Positions 31,034 to 40,214 of a stretch of DNA of 64,000 bases are shown piece after piece (within the stretch, counting starts at the first letter, position 1; each line of letters starts with the position of its first letter). The stretch comes from Naegleria gruberi (taxonomy: Eukaryota): NCBI GenBank assembly GCA_000004985.1, contig GG738859.1, one strand, 5' to 3'. The notes beneath the pieces were generated by a model. It saw only the letters and a program-made list of their open reading frames with translations. It made no database searches and had not been told where the DNA came from. The position numbers and the translations under genes were made by a program.

Positions 31034-34021
31034 ATGCTCTCCAACAATAATCACCGTGGTAATAATATTGGTGGTGATGAAAGTGATGGAAGTGATGACG
31101 AATTTCCATCAAGAGCAGCATCAAATTATGTGGGTGGAGATTTTTATGATGAATTTGGTAATTATAGAGGAGCCGAGTTGAGTAGTGATGAGGAAGATCT
31201 TGATAATACACAAAATAGAGGCATCATTTCTATTGATGATTCATCAATATCTAAGCCTTCATCAGTGGTTCTCCATGAAGATAAAGAATATTATCCAACA
31301 GCTGAGGAAATTTATGGTGAAGGTGTGGATGTGATGGTAGAAGATGAAGATCGTCAACCATTGGAAAAGCCTATCATTGAACCTGTTAAAAGCACAACAT
31401 GGAATTTAGTAGAGAAGGAATACAACGAAGCTCAACCTGTAAATTTCTCATGGGAATACCTTTTAGAATTAATGAAAATTCCTAGCAGCATTAGAAATAT
31501 TTCTATTGTTGGTCATTTACATCACGGAAAAACATCATTTGTTGATCAATTAGTTCGTTTCACACACAACAATTATAGGGATTATCAACTTGACAAGGAT
31601 TTAAATTATACTGATATTCGTCCAGATGAACATCGTAGAGGATTGAGCATCAAATCATCACCAATGACTCTCTTGCTCGAGAGTACCAAACAAAAATCTT
31701 ACCTGGTAAATATTATGGACACTCCTGGTCATATTAACTTTTCTGATGAATTAACTGCATCAATGAGAATTTCCGATGGTATTGTTCTTGTAGTTGATGC
31801 TCTTGAAGGAGTAATGTCAAATACTGTGGAAATTATCAAACAAGCAGTACAAGAAAGATTACCAATTGTATTACTTATCAATAAGTTGGACAGATTAATT
31901 TTGGAACTCAAATTACCTCCAAATGATACATACCACAAACTAAAACACACAATTTCAGAGGTGAATAATATTTTAAAGAATACAATTCATGATGAATCCC
32001 TAAAGGATAGTTACAATATTAAGGAAGCTAATAGTAATGAATTTCCAACAACAATTTTATCTCCAGATATTGGAAATGTTTGCTTTGCTAGCTCTAAAAC
32101 TGGAGTTTGCTTTACTCTTGAATCATTTGCCAAGATTTATGCTGATCAAAAAAAGAATTTCAATTACAAGGAATTTGCAAAGAGATTATGGGGAGATTTA
32201 TATTTTGATAGAAGCACTAGAGGATTTTCTAAAAATCCAAATGAACTCTCAAAACGATCCTTTGTAGAATTTATTTTGGAACCATTGTACAAGATTTATT
32301 CACACATTGTTGGTCAAGATCCAGAAGAGCTGGATGGAACTTTGAGAAAGATTAGTGTAAAACTCAACAGCCAAGAATTAGCTCTTGATCCTAATCCATT
32401 AATGAAATGTACATTTAGAGCTCTTTTTAATTCTCCATCAGGTTTTGTCGACATGTTGGAGAGATACATTCCTGCTCCAAGTAGTTCTTATGGTGGTAAC
32501 AAGACAAAGGTTGAAAACTTTTACACAGGAACTTTGGACACTAAAACGGCTAAAGATATGATTAATTGTGACTCTAATGGAGATTTAGTAATTTACATTA
32601 CCAAATTATTCCCTAGGCCAGACTATTCTTCATTTGATGTTTTCGGTAGAGTAATGAGTGGTACCCTCAAAAAAGGTGATGCTGTTAAAATTTTGGGAGA
32701 GGGATATACACCATCTGATGAAGAAGACATGTCAATTACTGATGTTTCTAATTTATATATTTATAATTCAAGATATAGAATTAATGTTGATAGTGTTAGT
32801 GCTGGTAATTGGGTTTTAATAGAAGGTATTGATGCAACCATCAGCAAGACATCTACATTGTACAAATCTACAGCAAGCTCCAATACTTTTATTTTCAAAC
32901 CTTTAACATATATGAACCAATCAGTGATGAAAATTGCTGTTGAGCCACTCAAACCATCAGAATTACCAAAAATGATGGAAGGTCTGAGAAAGATCAATAA
33001 GAGTTTCCCACTTGTCACAACAAAGGTTGAAGAAAGTGGTGAACATATTCTTCTTGGTACCGGTGAACTCTATCTGGATATTGTTATGCACGATTTGAGA
33101 ACATTATATTCAGGCATTGAAATTAAGGTATCTGACCCTTCGGTAACTTTCTGTGAAACAGTAGCTGAAACATCATCTGTAAGATGTTCCTCACAAACAC
33201 CAAATAACAAGAATCAACTTGTAATGGTTGCTCAACCTTTGGAAAGAGGACTAACTCAAGATATTGAAAGTGGAAGAATCAATCTCGACAAGATGGGCAG
33301 CACTGTCAGAGAGGATATTATGAAAACAAAATATGGCTGGGATGAATATACTACAAGTAGAATTTGGTCATTTGGTCCAGAAGTTAATGGTCCAAACGCA
33401 CTCATCAATGAAACATTTGAAGGTGAAGTTGACCAGAAACTCTTATCCACTGTAAAGGATTCAATTGTACAAGGTTTCAGATGGAGTACAAAGGAAGGAC
33501 CACTCTGTGAAGAACCAATTAGAAATGTTAAATTCAGACTTTTAGAAGCTTCGATATCTGAAGATAGAATTGCCAGAACTGGTGGTCAAATCATTCCAAC
33601 AACACGTAGAGTTTGTTATTCAAGTTTCCTCTCTGCTACTCCACAATTGATGGAACCAATTTCACTTGTTGAAATTCAATCACCATTAGAAACACTGGAA
33701 ATTGTCCACAAAATTTTGGAAAGAAGAAGAGGTCATGTCATTGAAGATGAACCAAAACCAGGTACACCTCATTACATTCTCAAAGCTTATGTACCAGCCA
33801 TTGATTCATTTGGTCTTGAAACTGATATGAGATTGAGTACTAAGGGCAGATCATTCTGTCTCTCTAAATTTGACCACTGGGATATTGTTCCTGGTGATCC
33901 ACTAGATACTTCCATTACCATTGCACCACTCGAGCCAAGTCCTTTACATGCTCTTGCACGTGAATTCCTTCTCAAGACAAGAAGAAGAAAGGGACTTTCT
34001 GATGAAATTAATTTTAATTAA
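31034..34021 (+). CDS. U5 snRNP 116-kDa GTPase Snu114/EFTUD2 (EF-2 family), 995 aa
   Basis: Acidic N-terminal extension followed by the G domain: NISIVGHLHHGKTSFVDQLV, NIMDTPGHINFSDELTASMRISDGIVLVVDALEGVM, LLINKLDRLILELKLPPNDTYHKLKHTI. This is nearly identical in pattern to Snu114 rather than EF-2 (which has AHVDHGKS). EF-2 domains II-V follow. Confidence 0.9.
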   Translation: MLSNNNHRGNNIGGDESDGSDDEFPSRAASNYVGGDFYDEFGNYRGAELSSDEEDLDNTQNRGIISIDDSSISKPSSVVLHEDKEYYPTAEEIYGEGVDVMVEDEDRQPLEKPIIEPVKSTTWNLVEKEYNEAQPVNFSWEYLLELMKIPSSIRNISIVGHLHHGKTSFVDQLVRFTHNNYRDYQLDKDLNYTDIRPDEHRRGLSIKSSPMTLLLESTKQKSYLVNIMDTPGHINFSDELTASMRISDGIVLVVDALEGVMSNTVEIIKQAVQERLPIVLLINKLDRLILELKLPPNDTYHKLKHTISEVNNILKNTIHDESLKDSYNIKEANSNEFPTTILSPDIGNVCFASSKTGVCFTLESFAKIYADQKKNFNYKEFAKRLWGDLYFDRSTRGFSKNPNELSKRSFVEFILEPLYKIYSHIVGQDPEELDGTLRKISVKLNSQELALDPNPLMKCTFRALFNSPSGFVDMLERYIPAPSSSYGGNKTKVENFYTGTLDTKTAKDMINCDSNGDLVIYITKLFPRPDYSSFDVFGRVMSGTLKKGDAVKILGEGYTPSDEEDMSITDVSNLYIYNSRYRINVDSVSAGNWVLIEGIDATISKTSTLYKSTASSNTFIFKPLTYMNQSVMKIAVEPLKPSELPKMMEGLRKINKSFPLVTTKVEESGEHILLGTGELYLDIVMHDLRTLYSGIEIKVSDPSVTFCETVAETSSVRCSSQTPNNKNQLVMVAQPLERGLTQDIESGRINLDKMGSTVREDIMKTKYGWDEYTTSRIWSFGPEVNGPNALINETFEGEVDQKLLSTVKDSIVQGFRWSTKEGPLCEEPIRNVKFRLLEASISEDRIARTGGQIIPTTRRVCYSSFLSATPQLMEPISLVEIQSPLETLEIVHKILERRRGHVIEDEPKPGTPHYILKAYVPAIDSFGLETDMRLSTKGRSFCLSKFDHWDIVPGDPLDTSITIAPLEPSPLHALAREFLLKTRRRKGLSDEINFN

Positions 34022-34152
34022 AAATATTTTATTTATAAGAAATTTCATATAATTCTATTCTTTTTCTAATTATTATTATCAACATAGGTTTGAATATTTA
34101 ATTAAATAATTATTATTACAATTAAATTAAAATTGAAATTCAATCAAAAAAA

Positions 34153-34593
34153 ATGCCGCCACTTAAAAACATTCCATACTTTACCAAATTTACTTCCGAT
34201 TTACCATCACTACCATTCCGAACTATGGAATGGAAATATACTTGTCTCTCACTCTACAGAAATATTCTCCGACAACATAAATATAAATTAGTACCACAAC
34301 AACGATTTTTAGGAGATGCCTACGTAAAAAACGAATTTAAATTAAACAAGACTGGTGATGAGAATTATGCAAGATCATTTGTTGAAGAATGGGCTTATTA
34401 TTATCGAGTTTTAGAGGAATCACCATCACCAGATCGAATTGGAAAGGATATTTCGGAAGATGATTTTAACACTCTATCAAAGGAACAACAAGAACAATTT
34501 TATCAATTGAAGGAGGAAACTGAAAAAGTTAAGGACTATTTGAAGGAACAAGCTAAACCTAATTGGAAAGATGCTGAACTGACAAGAGAATAA
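34153..34593 (+). CDS. LYR-motif protein, SDHAF3/ACN9-like succinate dehydrogenase assembly factor (mitochondrial)
   Basis: 146-aa ATG ORF with CLSLYRNILRQHKYKLVPQQRFLGDAYVKNEFKLNKTGDENYARSFVEEWAYY. This matches the ACN9/SDHAF3 pattern LYxxxLxLHRxLP...LGDxYVKDEFRRHK...FLxEWxxY. It lies only about 130 bp downstream of Snu114. Confidence 0.65.
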   Translation: MPPLKNIPYFTKFTSDLPSLPFRTMEWKYTCLSLYRNILRQHKYKLVPQQRFLGDAYVKNEFKLNKTGDENYARSFVEEWAYYYRVLEESPSPDRIGKDISEDDFNTLSKEQQEQFYQLKEETEKVKDYLKEQAKPNWKDAELTRE

Positions 34594-34672
34594 ATTTGTA
34601 AATATATAAATTTGGATCAAATATTGGAATTAAAATTCATGAGATTTCAATAAATTCATAATTATGAGTATT

Positions 34673-35764
34673 TTATAATTGTGGAATTTCAAGCTTGAAG
34701 AAGGTATCATGTCTTTGCTTTTTGGATTCTCCTCCAAATAAGAGAACTTGAGTTGTTTCTTCATTCGATAACAATACAGCTGTCATGTGCGCTCTTCCTT
34801 CTTTCAAGAAGGTGTTTGAGGCATCATCACTGGCCTGAATTTCCAACTTGGTCCAGTAACACTTTTCTAAATTATTGCTGTACAGAATATCATCCAAATT
34901 TTTCACATAGAAAGCATCATTCCAAAATGAATTTCTCTTTCCATCAAAATAATTGCCAAACATGATAATCAAAGCATCCTGTGTTTGACTCAAAACCATT
35001 CCACTTCTATTTCTTTGTTTAACTATACATGATTTGCTATCGTTATTTTCAATTAGGCAGGTCCACAATTTGGTTTCCATATCAAAACTCCACAAGTCAT
35101 TCAGATAAAATTCTGACCTGTCAACTGTGAAGAACCCTCCACTCACCAACAAGAATCTATCCTTATAAATCACTGAACTATGCCAACAACGTTCTCTAGG
35201 AGCAGAATTCAAACTCTTAATTTCCTCCCACTCATTGGTTGTAACATTGAAACTCCACAAATCGTTGAGATAGGAATTGGCAGCAGTTCCAAAATCTTTT
35301 TTTCCTCCAAAAACGATCATTTGATCTTTTTTGTAAATATTTGCGGTGTGTCCATGTCTAACCTTTGGCCAAGCCATAGTTTTAGATACATTGATAACCT
35401 TACTGTCCTTTTGATTGTTTACATTCATTACAAAAATACTATTCAAGTAACTAGTGGTATTACTTCCACCAAATGTAACAATTGAATTAATGCATTCAAA
35501 AAAGAGAGAAGTATGATTATGTCTTGGAACATCCAAACTCGTAAATTTTTCAATGGATCTAATTGAGCCATCCTTTAATGAACATTTAATTGTTTCGGAG
35601 AGAATATTTCGTAAACCTTTGGTAGTGCTATGAGTTCTTCCACCCAAAATAAAGAAAGTAGACGAATCTGCCGAAACAAAAGAATGTCCTTGCAATGGTG
35701 TTGTTCCGTTCTTTGATTTTTTCACAGAGGACAACTCTGCCCTTGACGCACCCTTTGAAAGCAT
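34673..35764 (-). CDS. Kelch-repeat beta-propeller protein, paralogue A (the real ATG is probably at about 35764; the track start at 35848 is a TTG)
   Basis: Repeated hydrophobic strand-GG motifs with W/Y (FILGGRTHS..., VTFGGSN..., MIVFGGKK..., LLVSGGF..., LLFGGES) are typical of Kelch/galactose-oxidase propellers. It shares long near-identical blocks with the 40215..41360 gene (for example RHGHTANIYKKDQMIVFGGKK, NDLWSFNVTTNEW, SLNSAPRERCWHSSVIYK, YLNDLWSFDMETKLW, QRNRSG). Confidence 0.7.
   Translation of the reverse strand: MLSKGASRAELSSVKKSKNGTTPLQGHSFVSADSSTFFILGGRTHSTTKGLRNILSETIKCSLKDGSIRSIEKFTSLDVPRHNHTSLFFECINSIVTFGGSNTTSYLNSIFVMNVNNQKDSKVINVSKTMAWPKVRHGHTANIYKKDQMIVFGGKKDFGTAANSYLNDLWSFNVTTNEWEEIKSLNSAPRERCWHSSVIYKDRFLLVSGGFFTVDRSEFYLNDLWSFDMETKLWTCLIENNDSKSCIVKQRNRSGMVLSQTQDALIIMFGNYFDGKRNSFWNDAFYVKNLDDILYSNNLEKCYWTKLEIQASDDASNTFLKEGRAHMTAVLLSNEETTQVLLFGGESKKQRHDTFFKLEIPQL
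35086..35272. repeat. Near-identical tract, copy A of the Kelch paralogue pair (dispersed direct repeat in the same orientation, copies about 5.5 kb apart)
   Basis: ctccacaagtcattcagata...ccctccactcaccaacaagaatct(a/c)tccttataaatcactgaactatgccaacaacgttctctaggagcagaattcaaactcttaatt... is shared almost base-for-base with about 40626-40812. The flanking coding DNA of the two paralogues is clearly more diverged. Coordinates are approximate. Confidence 0.6.
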
Positions 35765-35914
35765 TTTTTCTTGCACAAGTTGGAACCATTCTTTTAATAC
35801 AATTTCATTTCTTATCAAATTCAAAATTGATATGAAGAAGAAAATCAAAAAGTTGTACTACAATTAAGAAAAGTTTGTTTTGATGAGATTGGTAAAATTG
35901 TGGCCTGATTTATT

Positions 35915-38725
35915 TCAATTAAAAATTTTGATCAGTGTTTCTGTTAGTGACCTTTGAGTTTCATCCAACAAATTACCATTCGATCCTTCTATTGGAATAT
36001 GAACAGTCAACAATGAAACTGATTCAATCAGCTTGTTTGAATTTTCAGAAAGTAAAAAGTTAATGAGAGGAATCTTGTTAATCTGACAAGCTGTTGCGAT
36101 AGCTAATGTGCTTGGAGTTGGAGAACTTCCCACTAAAATAACAGCCGTGGCTTGTTGTTGTTGAATGGACATGTCAAAGTGATAGATAGTTTCAGCTACA
36201 GAACTCAGATTTGCTTGTGCTGTATCAAACTCTCTACTCAACATGAAATCATTAAATGATTTGATTTTTGTAATCTTGGATAATTCATCCAAATTAATTT
36301 GGGCTATAGATTGATCAGCAACTCCTAAACTATACTGAATGGCGAATGGTAGCTCTAAACTACTTAACATTGTAAGAATAGTTTTTCCTTCTTCTTGATT
36401 ACTCAAGAATACGAAAGCAGTTCTCTGATCATTTCCCCGGTAGGAGTACATTAATCTATTTCCTCTCTGAGTTTCTTTTTGAATAATAAGAGATCTGCCT
36501 TCACTGGTACCTTGTACTCTACCAGTTGTATCTCCATTATTACTGATATTCATGTAATCACCTGAATATGAATTTGTTTCCAGTGTTGGAGAAACTGGCA
36601 TGACGAAACATCTAATATTGGCATACTTTCTCGCATTGGAACAAAGATGCCAATCCTCTCCAGTGGCCCACGAGAACATCTTTTCCCTGAACATTAGTTT
36701 AACCCACTCTCTCTCCATGAACCAACTACCACCGACAACATCAACCTCAATGATATGTTCTGAACCTGAGACAGGTCCAAAAAAGTAATCCTCAGCACTT
36801 GGAGTTCCCTTCGTTCCAAGAATTCCTCTATAATTATTGGTATTGATGGTGTGCATGGCTGCTTCGAAAAATCTCCTTTCAGGAATGCAATCATCATCAA
36901 AAACAGCAAGATACCTTGTTGGTGATTGTATTGCCAATTGAAATCTGCCAAAATATTTCAGCTGCATCTCACCCTTGTTAACAAATAGTGAAATATTGTT
37001 GGAGGAGGCAAGTAACTTGGCCTCTTGAATTTCTTTTTCAATTTCGTCAGCTTTAGGTGAGGCAAAAAAGACCATCCAAATAACTTTAGGTTGATGAGTT
37101 TGTGAGAGGAGAGCTTGCATCCATCTCTTCACAAGACCTGTTCTCTTATACAAACCAACGACAGCAGTGACACCAAATTCATCAGAGGTGTTCCTTGTTG
37201 GAACGTATGTACTTGGTAATGAGAATAGTTCTTGCATGGTGAGTTGCTCCTTTGGTTTTGATCTTTCCAATAAATCCTTCTTTCTAATTTCGAATGGAAG
37301 GAAATTTTGAGTGTAAACACTTTCTGCAATTGAATCTTGAATGAATTGAGTGGAACATTCTCTTGAATCTGGTAATTTGGAGGTGATAAAATCACGAACA
37401 ATTCTTGAAATTCTCATACTAGCTTGTCCATCTCCAAATATGTGTTTCGAAAGAACTTGTTTCGAATTTTGTGAATCCTTGATGGCGTCAGTCATGGCTT
37501 TCACAATGTCAAGATAATTAACACCAATCTTTTTAATAGTACCAATGTAAATTCCCTCTGGTCTCTCAGTAGTATCTCTCATGAGAATAACTGGCTTTCC
37601 AATACTTGCCGATTCCTCTTGGATACCTCCAGAGTCAGTAACAACAATGTCAGCTTCACTAATCACATGTGGGAAGATATCATAGGCAATTGGATCCACC
37701 AATTGGACGTTATCCAATGATGATAAGACTTCATTGACTACACTCTTAGCATTTGGATTTGGATGTACAGGTAGAATGACCATAACATTCTTTCCAAATG
37801 TATTGGAAATCCTCTTGATGGCATTACACATTTCTTTAAAGTGTGGAATGTTTTCTCTTCTATGCATGGTAACAAGAATTACTATTCTATGTGATTCAAC
37901 TGCTGATGATGATGTAGTAGTAGATGAAGTGGTATCAAGAACATTGCTTTTAAAACTTTTAATGTTTTGAAGCAATTCTGGAATTATCTTTGGTGTGGTG
38001 GACTTTAAAGAATAGAACGAATCAATGCCAGTGTTACCAGTTACATAGACATGCTGTGGACAGATACCTTCTCTAACAAGAGCTGCTTTAGAGAAATCGG
38101 TTGGGGCAAACAAGAGACTGGCAAACGAGTCAATCATTTTACGATTCAACTCCTCTGGGAATGGACTATTGAAATCATAGGATCTCAATCCAGCTTCTAC
38201 ATGTCCAACTGGTATCTTTAAGTAACTGGCAGCAAGGGCAGCAACAAGAGAAGTAGTGGTGTCGCCTTGAACCAATACCATGGAAATTGGTCCTTGCCTT
38301 TCAAATTCTAAACTAATCTTTTGGAAGGAGAGGGTGAAGAAAGAGGAGATACTTTGATTGGGAGTCATTAACTTCAAGTCAATGTCCACATGTTGATGAA
38401 ATACACCAAGTGTTTGTTTCAAAATTTCGCTATGTTGACCAGTGCTAAGAACAATCACCTCCAATTCAGAGGAATAGTTTGACTTGAGATGTGAAATTAG
38501 TGGAGCACATTTGATAGCCTCTGGTCTTGTTCCCAACACAATTAGTACTCTTGGCAAGTTGTTTTTGTGTGGAATGATAATACCTTCTCTCTTTCCATTC
38601 GAATTTCTGACCAACATGTTATCTGAATCAGCTGATGACTTGTTAATGTTCAATATATGAAAGAACACAAAGCTAAACACCAATAATGTTGTGCACACAA
38701 CACTGAGTTTGAAAATCTTACTCAT
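35915..38725 (-). CDS. Type-II membrane protein fusing a non-hydrolysing UDP-GlcNAc 2-epimerase (WecB/MnaA-type) domain to a C-terminal DxD (GT-A-like) glycosyltransferase-like region, 936 aa
   Basis: N-terminal signal anchor MSKIFKLSVVCTTLLVFSFVFFHIL. Next come canonical WecB blocks: RVLIVLGTRPEAIKCAPLI, LSTGQH, HVEAGLRSYD, IVVTDSGGIQEE and TERPEGI. The C-terminal half has VTAVVGLYKRTGLVKRW...KVIWMVFFASP...YLAVFDDDCIPERRFF...YRGILGTKG...VDVVGGSWFMEREWV. This resembles GT-A/GT64-type transferases: the DxD is embedded after a hydrophobic strand, followed by a GG-W motif. I could not assign the last roughly 250 aa. Confidence 0.8.
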   Translation of the reverse strand: MSKIFKLSVVCTTLLVFSFVFFHILNINKSSADSDNMLVRNSNGKREGIIIPHKNNLPRVLIVLGTRPEAIKCAPLISHLKSNYSSELEVIVLSTGQHSEILKQTLGVFHQHVDIDLKLMTPNQSISSFFTLSFQKISLEFERQGPISMVLVQGDTTTSLVAALAASYLKIPVGHVEAGLRSYDFNSPFPEELNRKMIDSFASLLFAPTDFSKAALVREGICPQHVYVTGNTGIDSFYSLKSTTPKIIPELLQNIKSFKSNVLDTTSSTTTSSSAVESHRIVILVTMHRRENIPHFKEMCNAIKRISNTFGKNVMVILPVHPNPNAKSVVNEVLSSLDNVQLVDPIAYDIFPHVISEADIVVTDSGGIQEESASIGKPVILMRDTTERPEGIYIGTIKKIGVNYLDIVKAMTDAIKDSQNSKQVLSKHIFGDGQASMRISRIVRDFITSKLPDSRECSTQFIQDSIAESVYTQNFLPFEIRKKDLLERSKPKEQLTMQELFSLPSTYVPTRNTSDEFGVTAVVGLYKRTGLVKRWMQALLSQTHQPKVIWMVFFASPKADEIEKEIQEAKLLASSNNISLFVNKGEMQLKYFGRFQLAIQSPTRYLAVFDDDCIPERRFFEAAMHTINTNNYRGILGTKGTPSAEDYFFGPVSGSEHIIEVDVVGGSWFMEREWVKLMFREKMFSWATGEDWHLCSNARKYANIRCFVMPVSPTLETNSYSGDYMNISNNGDTTGRVQGTSEGRSLIIQKETQRGNRLMYSYRGNDQRTAFVFLSNQEEGKTILTMLSSLELPFAIQYSLGVADQSIAQINLDELSKITKIKSFNDFMLSREFDTAQANLSSVAETIYHFDMSIQQQQATAVILVGSSPTPSTLAIATACQINKIPLINFLLSENSNKLIESVSLLTVHIPIEGSNGNLLDETQRSLTETLIKIFN

Positions 38726-39140
38726 TTTTTTAAGAATGAGAAACTGAATCCATTCGAATTAATGTTGTGGCGAAATAAGAAAAGGCAAATGAAGGTACAA
38801 TTGAATCTGATGTCCACTTCCAACCTTTTCACTGCTCAAAACTCCTGTATTGCCACAGTACAATCACTACAAAATACAAGGACTTGTGGTGTGAGAAACA
38901 TCTTGTGGCCAATAATTTTCCAAATTGTGTGAAAATCTAAAAGTGTCATTGGCATGGATATTTGCTTGTACTGATTGGACTGTGACTTCCAACGTTTGTC
39001 CGCTATTCATGAAACATTTGACAAGTTCAGTGAGAAATGGGCATTCTATGTAACCAAAAAAGCAAGGATTGGGATTATGTTTATTAATGGAAAGGTTGTA
39101 CCATGACGAATGTGGTTTGCTTTAGTTTTGCATTGCAGCC
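38726..39140. promoter_or_regulatory. Presumed bidirectional promoter region between the divergently transcribed epimerase-glycosyltransferase gene and the nucleotide-sugar transporter-like gene
   Basis: Inferred only from the head-to-head gene arrangement and a roughly 415-bp AT-rich spacer. I identified no specific motif. Confidence 0.3.
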
Positions 39141-39940
39141 ATGTTGGGTATCTTTCAACCAAAGAGACTTCCGATTATTAAGATACTACCAATTAGTTTG
39201 GCATTTTGTGGCTATGTTGTGTTCAATAATATTAGTATTAGTATCATTTTATCAGGTTTGTTTTTATTCGAATCAATTACATTTAATTATTATTAATAAT
39301 GTATTTCGTATTTCTGATAGTAATGAAAATTGTTTGCACCCCAACAATCATTGGAATTGAATATTTATTCTATAGAAGGACACAAGAGAGAAGAATTCCC
39401 GTATGTCTTGGAACATTTGTTACAGTATTCACAGACATGGACATGAATTTATATGGAAGTTTTATGGCCATCCTTGCCGTGATTTCCAATTCCCTCTACA
39501 CTATCTATGGCACAGAAAAACAGAAGGAATTGAATGCCAATTCTCTTCAGGTATTGCTCTATCAAAGTCTAACCAGTGCATTCATTCTGATGTTTACAAT
39601 TCCATTCCTTAATGATGTTCATGTGATTTATAATTATGATTGGAGAGATGGAAATAAGCTCATGTGGATATTTGCAAGTTGTGTAACTGCATTCTTTGTC
39701 AATTTCAGTTTCTTTTTGGTGGCTGGAAAGACGTGTCCACTCTCTGTTAATGTGATTGGATATTTCAAAACATGTTTGGTATTTGTGGGAGGTTTCTTGT
39801 TGTTTACCTCTTATATATCATTTAAGAATTTGATTGGCGTGATTTTAACATTGATTGGTGTTGCATGGTACACTCATGAAAAGTATGAGATGGGTAGGAT
39901 GGAAGAAGAGACAATTCTTCCAACCTCAAACAAACAATAA
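39141..39940 (+). CDS. Nucleotide-sugar / triose-phosphate transporter (TPT, SLC35-like) family membrane protein with at least two exons (39141-39255 and 39321-39940, intron about 65 bp). The 5' end is uncertain.
   Basis: Exon 2 is track ORF 39299..39940 from VMKIVCTPT... onward. It contains multiple TM helices and the TPT-like C-terminal region (...FFVNFSFFLVAGKTCPLSVNVIGYFKTCLVFVGGFLLF...IGVILTLIGVAWY). Exon 1, in the frame ATG-LGIFQPKRLPIIKILPISLAFCGYVVFNNISISIILS, is hydrophobic. It joins exon 2 across gtttgt...ctgatag in phase 1. Track ORF 39103..39360 covers this exon in a non-TM frame and is probably wrong. At 244 aa the product is short for the family, so a further 5' exon may exist, since ttgcag directly precedes the ATG. 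Confidence 0.6.
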
Positions 39941-40214
39941 ACATTTCTTTTTTACGGTGCCAAATTAGAAAATCTCCTTCTTTATTTCAAATCATTGATA
40001 GATACCACAACAGTTTCAATTGACCATTTTGTGTTAATTCATGTTGAGCTGTATCTTGAATATACGAATCTAAAACTAATCCCCAAAATAACACAATTTT
40101 AAAGGGAAAAATATGGCCAACATTCTGTGTTATTTTCCTAATTGAAAGAAAAACCATTCTGACAACATGATAAAGGAAATGAATTTATTGTAAGAGATAT
40201 CAACAAATAATGAT

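Noticed and set aside
39103-39360. Track ORF 39103..39360(+) as a separate small protein
   Set aside because: The same DNA read in another frame gives a hydrophobic TM segment (LGIFQPKRLPIIKILPISLAFCGYVVFNNISISIILS) that splices in phase to the transporter ORF at 39321. The listed frame is not TM-like and runs through the intron.
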